Source: Bacteroidales bacterium
Lineage (GTDB): Bacteria; Bacteroidota; Bacteroidia; Bacteroidales; Prolixibacteraceae
NCBI GenBank assembly: GCA_041694375.1
Contig: JASMTI010000198.1
Location: 12,351-76,350, forward strand
Reading direction: 5' to 3'
DNA length: 64,000 nt
Made by a program: the position numbers and the translations under genes
The notes under the pieces: model-generated
The model's database searches: none
What the model was told of the DNA's origin: nothing
Seen by the model: only the letters and a program-made list of their open reading frames with translations
Shown: positions 18,712 through 27,625 of the stretch, in pieces
Position numbering within the stretch: position 1 is the stretch's first letter
Layout: every line of letters starts with the position of its first letter

Positions 18712-20052
18712 TTATTCGTATGATTTGCGATCATCCTCTATGGCATTCATAACGCACCTGAATCCTATGTAACTTCGTGCTGTATCCTGATATTCGTAAT
18801 CGCGTGATGATACTTCAAGATAGTATGAAACATCTTTCCATGACCCACCCCTGACAACTTTACGCTTGAGTGCCGGGGCATCTTCTGTTTCAGCCTTGTA
18901 TTGAAGCTCGGGGTTAAGATCATTAACCATGGCATAGCCAAGTTCATCGAAAGTTGTACTGGTCCATTCAGAAACGTTACCGGCCATATCATATAAACCA
19001 TAGTCGTTTGGCGGAAAACTAGCAACTTTCATTGCTTTGGCCGAACCATAACTATCCGATATATAATCTCCCCTTTTGGGTTTAAAATTTGCTTGGTAGC
19101 ATCCCTTTTCATCTGAAGTGTAATAGCTTCCCCACGGATATTTTCCTCCCATACGGCCACCACGGGCAGCATATTCCCATTCGGCCTCGGTAGGTAACCG
19201 GTAGGCATGTAAAGGCTGCAAGTCGTGTTCAGCCAAGAACATTTTTTTATATTCGGTACGCCAATGGCAAAATGCATTTGCCTGTTCCCAGCTTACACCT
19301 ACAACCGGATATTGTTTAAATGCTGGGTGGTGAAAATATTTTAGGGTCCATGGCTCATTGTACGAATATGTAAAGTCCCTGATCCAAACAAGTGTATCGG
19401 GGTACACTGGCACTGATTCTTGTACTAAAAAATCTAGGCGGTTGTTAATGTCGTTATTGTACGACTGTGTTTCGTAATTATAACTATTAGCTCTTTTGGC
19501 CGCCTTTTTAAGGTCGATATATGCATATTTGTAGTGAATATCCCTATAGTCAATTTCTTTTTCACCATAAAATCGTTCTTCTTTCTGGTAGTAAAGTGGT
19601 GATATTGCATCAATTACATCTTGCCGATCGTCGGTCCATATTTGCTTTATCTTTGTCCGGTCAACTTGGGGGGGATCATAAAGCTGATCATTTTTATCGG
19701 TTGCCATATAATACTCAATGCCCGCCTTAAAGGTTAACGATGCAGCAACAGAATCGCGTACCCAGTTTATATATTCACGGTATTCATTATTGGTAATTTC
19801 AGTATCGTCCATCCAGAATGAACCAACTGACACATTTCTTTCAGGTTGAATACGGCTCTCACTTGATTCGTCACCCAGCCCCATTTTAAAAGAACCTTGT
19901 TTTACGTATGACATCCCGTAGGGGATGGGTTCAAACCAATCGGGGCGGGGGCCACCCTGTAATGTGTGGATAGCATTTTCCTTTTTACACCCTGCGAATA
20001 CCATCACAAGCAGAAAAGCAAAAATAATATATTTGGTTTTGATACTGTTCAC
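18712..20052 (-). CDS. porK: Second PorK/GldK paralog, T9SS ring lipoprotein
   Basis: GTG start, lipobox FAG-C, FWMDDTEITNNEYR, YPDTLVWIRDF, YPVVGVSW, RLPTEAEWEYAARGG, YIGFRCV. Confidence 0.88.
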   Translation of the reverse strand: MNSIKTKYIIFAFLLVMVFAGCKKENAIHTLQGGPRPDWFEPIPYGMSYVKQGSFKMGLGDESSESRIQPERNVSVGSFWMDDTEITNNEYREYINWVRDSVAASLTFKAGIEYYMATDKNDQLYDPPQVDRTKIKQIWTDDRQDVIDAISPLYYQKEERFYGEKEIDYRDIHYKYAYIDLKKAAKRANSYNYETQSYNNDINNRLDFLVQESVPVYPDTLVWIRDFTYSYNEPWTLKYFHHPAFKQYPVVGVSWEQANAFCHWRTEYKKMFLAEHDLQPLHAYRLPTEAEWEYAARGGRMGGKYPWGSYYTSDEKGCYQANFKPKRGDYISDSYGSAKAMKVASFPPNDYGLYDMAGNVSEWTSTTFDELGYAMVNDLNPELQYKAETEDAPALKRKVVRGGSWKDVSYYLEVSSRDYEYQDTARSYIGFRCVMNAIEDDRKSYE

Positions 20053-20083
20053 ACAAATGATTTTGTTTGATAACGTACAACTG

Positions 20084-20091
20084 CAAAAATA
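20084..20091 (-). promoter_or_regulatory. -7 box giving the second porK its own promoter
   Basis: Minus strand TATTTTTG about 32 bp upstream of the GTG. No clear -33 box. Confidence 0.5.
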
Positions 20092-20099
20092 ATTGCTTT

Positions 20100-20137
20100 A
20101 AACTGAAAAGCCCTATGGTTTTCTTCCATAAGGCTTT
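20100..20137 (-). terminator. Probable intrinsic terminator after porN
   Basis: Minus strand AAAGCCTTATGG-AAGAAAA-CCATAGGGCTTT forms a 12-bp stem with one G.U pair, followed by TCAGTTT. Confidence 0.65.
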
Positions 20138-20165
20138 ATATTTTTATATTATATGGGATAAAGTC

Positions 20166-21035
20166 TTAATTTTCCCACAAATCTTGTTCAGCATCAAATA
20201 TTTCACGTTTGATACGTTCCGATTCCATTTGGGCTTCACGCCCGGTAAGGTAATCGGTAATCAGACGGTCGTTATATACATTTGACTCCTGAACGAAGTA
20301 TGACCTGAAATAGCGATTGACAAACACATCGTCGAACGAGTTTGAAGGCTTGTCATCCTCAAGGTTGTAATAAGGTACCGTTGCCAGATATGGACGGGCA
20401 TCGGGATAATAAATCCAAAATAAACGCTGCCTGCGTAACATATCGTTGTAGGTATACTCCCTTATAGGACAAAGTCCGATAATTTCACTTCGTAGTTCCG
20501 AGTCAATTTTATCGATGTACCACACTTCTTTAACCAATATTTGTTTGATTTCTTCAGGTTTCCAGCGGATGGTTATGAGAGAATCGCGTGTAACTCCCGG
20601 ACGAATGGTAACCGGTACAATTTCTTCACGTTTGTTGATGTCCCTTACGTCCTCAATAGTCATAATAATATTGTTCGGGTCAAACTCAAATTCATTATTA
20701 TTGATTGGAACGCTAAAAGCATTAAAGTGTCCCATTTCAATGCCATCAATAATTGCATTTATGAAGCTTTTCCGGTTGTGTATTGTATCGGTTGGATAAT
20801 AAAGTGGCAGGTTCATTTTTTCCCGGAGGTCAATAATTTCCCAGGTAACCTTGCTCCACATAATATCTGCTTCCTTAACAAAAGGATATTTTACGTACGA
20901 CCGGTTAGACATATCGTTCTCTTGTTGATAGGTGTCGTGAAATGGACCGAATTTGTCGGTAAAACGAACACCGCTCTGCGCATTTAACAGAACTGGAAAC
21001 AAGAGTAGTAGTGTAATTTTAATTATCGCTTTCAT
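20166..21035 (-). CDS. porN: T9SS PorN/GldN
   Basis: Signal peptide, EADIMWSK..WEIIDLREKMNLPLYYP, KEVWYIDK, IIGLCP, LFWIYYP, SFDDVF. Confidence 0.92.
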   Translation of the reverse strand: MKAIIKITLLLLFPVLLNAQSGVRFTDKFGPFHDTYQQENDMSNRSYVKYPFVKEADIMWSKVTWEIIDLREKMNLPLYYPTDTIHNRKSFINAIIDGIEMGHFNAFSVPINNNEFEFDPNNIIMTIEDVRDINKREEIVPVTIRPGVTRDSLITIRWKPEEIKQILVKEVWYIDKIDSELRSEIIGLCPIREYTYNDMLRRQRLFWIYYPDARPYLATVPYYNLEDDKPSNSFDDVFVNRYFRSYFVQESNVYNDRLITDYLTGREAQMESERIKREIFDAEQDLWEN

Positions 21036-21056
21036 ACCAAAAGGTTTTAGTATTTT

Positions 21057-22697
21057 CTATTGTATTTTTAATATTATAGGTGACAACGGGCGCTCCTGGT
21101 CATCTTTGTCACCTTCAATTCTTGCTTTTATATTTTCAAAGGATACACGGTCACCTGTTCCCAGGCTATTGAGAAGCCTCCGTTGTTCAGCTGTAAATGC
21201 CCATGAGTTTGACTGCAATGTTGTGGTCATACCACCGGATGTTGGCACCGACATATCGAAGCTTACAACTTCAAATGATAAATCAAAGTCAAAGTCTTCG
21301 AGTTCAGCCATAACCCCACCTTGCAGGGCAAGGCGTTCTTGCCCAATAGTGCCTGATGTCATCCCTGCGACTTGTGCAACCGGATCGGGTACCTTCTTAA
21401 CACGGAACACCATTTCGCCCATTTCCTTCATTTCTCCGTTTAATTCGGCATTAACAATTATTCTTGTGTTTTCACCGTTGTAATCCAGTTCATTAGGTTC
21501 TACAATCCAGTTGCCGTCTGCTAATGATTCATCTTTATAAATAGTACCATTGGTACATGTTGGTGTTATATTTCCTAAAGGTACACCCGGTACTGAAATG
21601 CTTACTGGGTTTTGGAGGTTTTTGTACAATACATTCATTTTAGTGGGCGAAACCGTAACTGCCGGGCGGGCCACCTTAAAGTCAAGCGAGAATGGTTTTG
21701 TCCCGAAACCTTCACCATCGGGGTTGCGATAACGTATTTCACCATGGTATGAATATTCACCTGCCTCATTTGGTTTAATACTGAACACTGCATCTCCATT
21801 TTTAACGGGCAATGGTTGGTTTTGTCCGTCCATATAAACCTCCAACTCTTGTGTGGAGTCTTCTGCTGACAAAAAGATACGGGCTTTGTATTCTTGTCCT
21901 TGAAAAATATAGCTTGCTTCAGGTATTACCGTAGCTTTTAAACCCGTAAATTTGAATGACGAGGCATCAATCTGGTTGTATAAATGACGAAGTATTGCCG
22001 ATTCGGCATTACGCACATCAATTTGCAACTTTGATAAAAGCGTAATTGCTGCAATTACAGGTGTGGCTTCAAAATTTTGTTGTGCCCATGTCCTATAAGA
22101 ACTATCACCTTCACCTTCGCCTTTTTCGGGGTCGTCAACATCAAGTGATGAGTGTAAATTTTCAACAAGGGCAGGATAATCACCAATGATTTTAATCAAG
22201 TCTGCTTTATATTGGTTGATCTGGTTTTGTAAATTTTTCCCCTGTTCGCGGGTAAGCATTACTTCCGGGCTGGCATTTAAATCGTCTTGCCGTTCAATTA
22301 TTAAAGTATCATTATCGTTGGTTACGATGTATGGAAAATCCTCGTCTATTTCTTCGTCGGCTTCTTTGGGGGTGGCATTAACGGCTAAAGCCAGCATTTC
22401 TTTTGTGTCAATAATATAATTAATCAAAGAATCGCTTTTGGCATGAACTTCTTGTGCCATGCTACGCCAGTTTTCAACCCTGTCCTGATTCAAATCATAA
22501 GCACGGTTAAAGTCGGCCATTAAAGTTTGATTTTTGTCAGTAAAACTCAGGTATGTCTTCATCAGGCTTGAGTCAACAATTTTGAAGGCATACAGGGTTT
22601 CTGCAGCAACATTTAGTGCTAACATAGCAGTTAACACCAAATACATCATATTAATCATTTTCTGCCGGGGGGTTTCCGGACAATTCTTAGTTCCCAT
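21057..22697 (-). CDS. porM: T9SS motor subunit PorM/GldM
   Basis: TPRQKMINMMYLVLTAMLALNV and KMNVLYKNLQNPVSISVPG. Confidence 0.95.
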   Translation of the reverse strand: MGTKNCPETPRQKMINMMYLVLTAMLALNVAAETLYAFKIVDSSLMKTYLSFTDKNQTLMADFNRAYDLNQDRVENWRSMAQEVHAKSDSLINYIIDTKEMLALAVNATPKEADEEIDEDFPYIVTNDNDTLIIERQDDLNASPEVMLTREQGKNLQNQINQYKADLIKIIGDYPALVENLHSSLDVDDPEKGEGEGDSSYRTWAQQNFEATPVIAAITLLSKLQIDVRNAESAILRHLYNQIDASSFKFTGLKATVIPEASYIFQGQEYKARIFLSAEDSTQELEVYMDGQNQPLPVKNGDAVFSIKPNEAGEYSYHGEIRYRNPDGEGFGTKPFSLDFKVARPAVTVSPTKMNVLYKNLQNPVSISVPGVPLGNITPTCTNGTIYKDESLADGNWIVEPNELDYNGENTRIIVNAELNGEMKEMGEMVFRVKKVPDPVAQVAGMTSGTIGQERLALQGGVMAELEDFDFDLSFEVVSFDMSVPTSGGMTTTLQSNSWAFTAEQRRLLNSLGTGDRVSFENIKARIEGDKDDQERPLSPIILKIQ

Positions 22698-22720
22698 ATG
22701 CTATGTTCCTGCTTTTGCTT

Positions 22721-23767
22721 TTATTTACCATTAAGTGCACCCAGCATTTTTCCGTAAATATTATTCAATGCCTGGATATTCTTATTAATATCTTTCGTGT
22801 TTTGGGCAAATGCATTTGTTTCTTCAACTGATTGGTCAATCATTTTGGAGATGCTTTCAATGCCTTTGGCGTATTTGTTAACCATTTCATCTACTTGGCC
22901 GGCACCTTTAAGGTGTAGTTCGTATGCAGAATTTATGGCTGCCATATTTTTGTTTAATTTATCGAGATTGCTTGTATATTTTCCGGTTTCTTTTTCAAGT
23001 CCCTTAAATCCATGGCTAAGTGAATCGGCAACAGCTTTGTACGAATGATTTAGTTCACCAGAAGATTTCTTGAGATTTTCAGACATTTCTGAAACAGAAC
23101 TTGTCATGTTTTTACTGGCATTCTCAGTTGATTTCCGAAGATCTTCAGCTGTGCTTGTATAAATGTTAGACAAATCACCAATTGTTTTATCAACATTTTC
23201 GGCTGCTTTATTGTATGATTTTGAAATATTATCAACACTTTCTTTCATCGCAGTAGAAACCTGGTTGTTGGCGTTTACCACAGATCCTATTGATTCGGAA
23301 GCATCGTTCAAGTTTTGCACAAATTTATCGGTAGCAACAGTAGAATCAGCAATGTTTTTTAACCCTTTGGCTGTTTCTGATAAACTATGGAAACTTTCAT
23401 TCAGGTTATTTAATTCGTCAGAAGGGATATTGGCAATGCCGGATCCCCCACCTCCGTTACCAACATTCGATTGAGGGTACAATTTATCTTGTGTTTCAAA
23501 TCGTTTTTTGTCTCGTTCGCTTTCTTCACCTGTGCGCAACTGGGGGTATACAACTTTCCAGTCAGGCAATTCCATCATGGGTTCAAATGCAGAGACGAAA
23601 AAGATAATCGCTTCGATTGATAATCCAACTCCTAAAAACACACTGGCACCAGGTAAGTGCTCAAGCTTAAACAGTGCGCCAATCAACACTACCGAAGCTC
23701 CCCAACTATAAATATAGTTTTGCATGAGCTTCCATCGTTTCGAATGCAGAAATTCTCCAATATTCAT
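22721..23767 (-). CDS. porL: T9SS motor subunit PorL/GldL
   Basis: YSWGASVVLIGALFKLEH and GLSIEAIIFFVSAFEP (conserved TM Glu), then a long helical cytoplasmic domain. Confidence 0.95.
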   Translation of the reverse strand: MNIGEFLHSKRWKLMQNYIYSWGASVVLIGALFKLEHLPGASVFLGVGLSIEAIIFFVSAFEPMMELPDWKVVYPQLRTGEESERDKKRFETQDKLYPQSNVGNGGGGSGIANIPSDELNNLNESFHSLSETAKGLKNIADSTVATDKFVQNLNDASESIGSVVNANNQVSTAMKESVDNISKSYNKAAENVDKTIGDLSNIYTSTAEDLRKSTENASKNMTSSVSEMSENLKKSSGELNHSYKAVADSLSHGFKGLEKETGKYTSNLDKLNKNMAAINSAYELHLKGAGQVDEMVNKYAKGIESISKMIDQSVEETNAFAQNTKDINKNIQALNNIYGKMLGALNGK

Positions 23768-23807
23768 TTTATCTGTCTTTTAATCTGTTGCTATATAAAT
23801 TCATTTC

Positions 23808-25109
23808 TTAAAATTCATTTCCGAATGATGAACGTACCGTTCTGAATCCGATATAAGAAGTTGCAGAATCTTGGTATTCAAATGTTCGCGTAGAAACCTG
23901 AGTGTAGAATCCAACATCTTTCCAAGACCCGCCCCTGATAACTTTACGTTTCAATGCAGGAGGGTCGCTATCCTCGGCATTATATTGAAAATCAGGGTTA
24001 AGTTCGTTAACCATTGTTTGTGATAACTCATCGTATGCAGTAATGGTCCACTCGGCTACGTTACCTGCCATATCATAAAGGCCAAAATCATTCGGTGGGT
24101 ATTCTGCAACTTTCATTGTATACATGCCACCATCTTCAGAGTAGTTACCCCGCATAGGTTTATAATTTGCCATAAATTCACCCATTTGGTTGCGTGAATA
24201 ATATCCGCCCCAGGGGTACATGGCATTTTGCAGTCCGCCACGGGCTGCATATTCCCATTGATATTCGGTAGGAAGGCGGTAGTCCATTACGGTTGCTAGT
24301 TTTCGGCCCTGGAGGTAATTATTCTGCATTTGTGTTCTCCATTGACAAAATGCTTTGGCCTGATCCCAGGTTACACCTACAACCGGATAATTATCGAAAC
24401 CTACATGCCAAAAGTATTTACTGGTTCGTGGTTCGTTATATGAATATGTGAAATCCCTGATCCATACAAGCGTATCGGGGTATACATGTGTACGTTCGTG
24501 TACAATAAAATCGGCACGGCTGTCTACATTGTTGCCATATGATTGTTCTTCGTAGTTATATTTGTTTGAGCGCTTTGCTGCTTTCTGATAGTCGATCCAT
24601 GCATAATCGTAGTATAATTTACGTGTATCTATTTCGCGTTTCCCGAAAAATCGTTCTTCTGCGGGAATATATAAATCTTCGAGTGCTAGTGTATCTTTCC
24701 AGTCAATAGGTTCATCCCAGTTAAGGCCAATATAATTACCGTCAATGTCAAGGCGGGCATAATACTGTGCATTTGCATTTGAACTGTTGTATAACATTTT
24801 GCGTGCTATTGAATCGCGTACCCAGTTGGTGAATTGGCGGTATTCGTTGTTTGTAACTTCGGTATCATCCATCCAAAAGGCTTCAATTGTAATACTACGG
24901 GTAGGATTAATGCCGCTTGTTGGGTCTTCGTCGCTAGGGCCTACTCTTATGGCCCCGCGTTTAACAAATGCCATTCCGAAGGGAGTTTGCTCTACCCACG
25001 ATCCACGAGATGAAGTAGCACCTACCAACTCACCGGTTTCGCCTGATTGGGCACAACCGGTTAGTAAAATGACAGCTGCCAGTGCAATAATTAATGTATA
25101 ATTTTTCAT
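23808..25109 (-). CDS. porK: T9SS ring lipoprotein PorK/GldK (canonical position)
   Basis: Start moved to ATG 25109 (MKNYTLIIALAAVILLTG-C lipobox). GELVG, FWMDDTEVTNNEYR, YPDTLVW, YIGFRTV. Confidence 0.92.
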   Translation of the reverse strand: MKNYTLIIALAAVILLTGCAQSGETGELVGATSSRGSWVEQTPFGMAFVKRGAIRVGPSDEDPTSGINPTRSITIEAFWMDDTEVTNNEYRQFTNWVRDSIARKMLYNSSNANAQYYARLDIDGNYIGLNWDEPIDWKDTLALEDLYIPAEERFFGKREIDTRKLYYDYAWIDYQKAAKRSNKYNYEEQSYGNNVDSRADFIVHERTHVYPDTLVWIRDFTYSYNEPRTSKYFWHVGFDNYPVVGVTWDQAKAFCQWRTQMQNNYLQGRKLATVMDYRLPTEYQWEYAARGGLQNAMYPWGGYYSRNQMGEFMANYKPMRGNYSEDGGMYTMKVAEYPPNDFGLYDMAGNVAEWTITAYDELSQTMVNELNPDFQYNAEDSDPPALKRKVIRGGSWKDVGFYTQVSTRTFEYQDSATSYIGFRTVRSSFGNEF

Positions 25110-25133
25110 CAGTAAAGATTTTTTTTCAGAATG

Positions 25134-25207
25134 ATACTCCTGTTGCTTCTCGGAACAGGACACCATAATATTTTGGTTAAGGGTAACAGGCAGCATACTC
25201 CTGTTAC
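25134..25207 (-). promoter_or_regulatory. Double-hairpin element in the porP-porK gap
   Basis: Hairpins TCCTGTT/AACAGGA (25138-25160) and GTAACAGG/CCTGTTAC (25183-25207). Direct repeat ATACTCCTGTT at 25134 and 25195. Confidence 0.55.
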
Positions 25208-25265
25208 TATTCTTATTTACCGTTTGTTTCAAACATGATAATTCCATAGCAATGTTTTTCAAGTC

Positions 25266-26240
25266 CTAAAGGTATCTAATACTTTTATATTTTTGGTCTC
25301 TTTTTGCTTCAATATTAAACGAATATGTTACCAATATCTCGTGTGTAGTTGGAGCCACCAGTAACATGCTTGTATTAATATCGAGCATATAGCTTAACTT
25401 TAATCCGTTAAATAACTCAATTCCGCCTAAAAAATTAAAGGCGGCAAAATTACGGGGCGATGAACGCAAACCAAAACCAGCCCAGTATTTATCTTTAATA
25501 TATAGTGTTCCGTTAACGTCGAGCATATAAGCGCTTAAATCACTTCTCAACATAACGGATGGTTGCAAATCAAATAACGGATTGGGTAGTTCAATATTGT
25601 ATGCTCCTGTTAAATAGTAATGTGGAACATTAAATCCTGAATACCACTCTTCAGCATTAGAGCTTGAAAAAATAACATCAGAACGGTTCAGGTTTGATGC
25701 TGCCAGCCCAATGTAATAATCACTAGTTTCGTAATATAAGCCAGCACCAATACCAAACGTTATAGTCGATAAATCTGAACCGGTTGGGACCAGCGGGTCG
25801 CTTGAGGCATCAATCCAGTAATCTCCGTCAATCGATTCCCACTCAGGATTAATGCTGTAATTGGTAACGTTTAATGTTAACCCTCCACCAATAATCCCGT
25901 TAGTAAGTTGATGATGATATGAATAGGCTGCCTCAACATCAACGTTGTTGTAAAAACCCACTTCATCGCTTACGATGGTAAAACCCAAACCACTATTTGT
26001 ACCCAATATTTCAACGGGGCCTTCAACCCCAAAAACGGATGAAACCGGCTTGCCATCTCCAAAACCTGCAAACATTGTACGGTTTATAAATATGGCATTC
26101 ACCGTGCTATTTGATCCCACAAACCCCGGGTTTGCTACATGCCTGTTAAGCATATAGCTGCTAAACAAGGGTTCGTGTTGTGCATTTGCTGCTAAATTAA
26201 TTAATATTAATAAAATAAAAAAAGAAAAATAGTTTTTCAT
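25266..26240 (-). CDS. porP: T9SS PorP/SprF family outer-membrane beta-barrel
   Basis: AQHEPLFSSYMLN..ANPGFVG, PHYYLTGAY, THEILVTYSF, KSIRYL, directly upstream of porK. Confidence 0.92.
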   Translation of the reverse strand: MKNYFSFFILLILINLAANAQHEPLFSSYMLNRHVANPGFVGSNSTVNAIFINRTMFAGFGDGKPVSSVFGVEGPVEILGTNSGLGFTIVSDEVGFYNNVDVEAAYSYHHQLTNGIIGGGLTLNVTNYSINPEWESIDGDYWIDASSDPLVPTGSDLSTITFGIGAGLYYETSDYYIGLAASNLNRSDVIFSSSNAEEWYSGFNVPHYYLTGAYNIELPNPLFDLQPSVMLRSDLSAYMLDVNGTLYIKDKYWAGFGLRSSPRNFAAFNFLGGIELFNGLKLSYMLDINTSMLLVAPTTHEILVTYSFNIEAKRDQKYKSIRYL

Positions 26241-26278
26241 AAATGCTTCTCCACCTTTTACTAAAGGTATGCTGTGAA

Positions 26279-26286
26279 CAAAAATA
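26279..26286 (-). promoter_or_regulatory. -7 box for the porP-K-L-M-N operon
   Basis: Minus strand TATTTTTG about 40 bp upstream of the porP ATG. Confidence 0.5.
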
Positions 26287-26346
26287 AAACAATATACTGT
26301 TATACATCAATTATTTTAAAATATTTCAAAAAAAATGATGTTGTCC

Positions 26347-27552
26347 TCAATGTGATGGTTTTATTTTTTTGAAATTTATCCACCATCGTTCTGGTATTTC
26401 ATTGTTACATGCTTCTTCATAGTCTTTCACGGTACATGAAACCACAATGCTGTTTTGTGGTTCTTTGTTTTCAAAATCTGATTTTACCTCAAGCCACCAT
26501 CGTCCTGTTTTTTCACTTTTATAGAAAACGATTGGAAAATCAATTTCGTCTATCTGAACCTCATATTTTTTACAATATTCAAGCGAAGATTTTGGGTACT
26601 CATGTTTTCGGTTGTTGTAGCCTTCGATATAATACCAAATGATTTGTGCTGCTAATTTAGCAGTGAGTCTTTGTTTGTATTTGTCAGGGAGTGCGCCTGT
26701 TAGCCGAAATAAGTCAACACTGTCGCTAATTCCGGCGTAGCGGGCCAGCTGGCACGCCTCGTGTGCAAACAAGCCGTTTGGGGAGCCGTATGCTTGCGAA
26801 GGTGCATCTTGGGCCCTTATTGCATTAATGTCAAAATTCACCAAATTAGCATCCCTGAGATAGGGTTCACAATTTTCAAGGTCTTTTCTTATCTCACCCA
26901 GGCGGTAGTGTTCAAAATATAAACGGTTTAAGCGGTTAATTTGCGATGGTGATACAAAATATGATTGATAACCTAAACTTGTAATATTATATATATGCGA
27001 TAAGTCATTATCAATAATATATTCAAAATATGAATTTGGCTGAACATCGTTTTCATTAACATTGATATTTATCAATGAATTAATATCGACAAGATTAATG
27101 TTATTTTCAAATTCTTTATAGGCACCGATAAGTGCTGGTGTGTAATTTTGATTGCCACCAATTATTACGCTGTTAACGTTCATTGAGAAAAGCAATGAAC
27201 ACACGGTTTTAATAGCAAAAAATGTGTCTTTTGGTTCGTTGCCTTTTTTTATGGTACCTAAATCGCAAATCTGGATCCCGAGGTGATAATTTTTCAGGTT
27301 ATATAGCTGTTCCCTGATTTGCCCGGATCCGGTTGATGTTGTATGTTTTTTGTTTTGTTTCCCCGATGATTCAGGTAAGGCAAAAATGGCAATCTCGAAC
27401 TTTGAATTTTCAGGGAGGGGGGCTGCAAAACTGTTTAAAAGGATATTTTTCCCAAGTGATGCTTCACTTGTTACGTATGACATTTCGTCGAAACCTGAAG
27501 TTTCAACGGGGTCAAAATATTGCAACAACTCTTGTAATTTGTCTTTAAACAT
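26347..27552 (-). CDS. Arginase/formimidoylglutamase-fold protein, metal site degenerate
   Basis: IREQLYNL, DLG.IKKG, SPNGLFAHEACQLARYAGISD, AQIIWYYIEG, KSEKTGRWW. Start moved to ATG 27552 because a -7 box (TAGGTTTG) lies at 27589-27596. Confidence 0.8.
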   Translation of the reverse strand: MFKDKLQELLQYFDPVETSGFDEMSYVTSEASLGKNILLNSFAAPLPENSKFEIAIFALPESSGKQNKKHTTSTGSGQIREQLYNLKNYHLGIQICDLGTIKKGNEPKDTFFAIKTVCSLLFSMNVNSVIIGGNQNYTPALIGAYKEFENNINLVDINSLININVNENDVQPNSYFEYIIDNDLSHIYNITSLGYQSYFVSPSQINRLNRLYFEHYRLGEIRKDLENCEPYLRDANLVNFDINAIRAQDAPSQAYGSPNGLFAHEACQLARYAGISDSVDLFRLTGALPDKYKQRLTAKLAAQIIWYYIEGYNNRKHEYPKSSLEYCKKYEVQIDEIDFPIVFYKSEKTGRWWLEVKSDFENKEPQNSIVVSCTVKDYEEACNNEIPERWWINFKKIKPSH

Positions 27553-27625
27553 TTTTGCTTTGAAAATAATACTATTTAATAATAAAGGCAAACCTAATAC
27601 GGAATGCCTTTATTATTGGATGATA

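Noticed and set aside
25110-25262. 51-aa N-terminal extension of PorK given by the ORF track
   Set aside because: The lipoprotein signal begins at ATG 25109, and the upstream part is a structured intergenic region.
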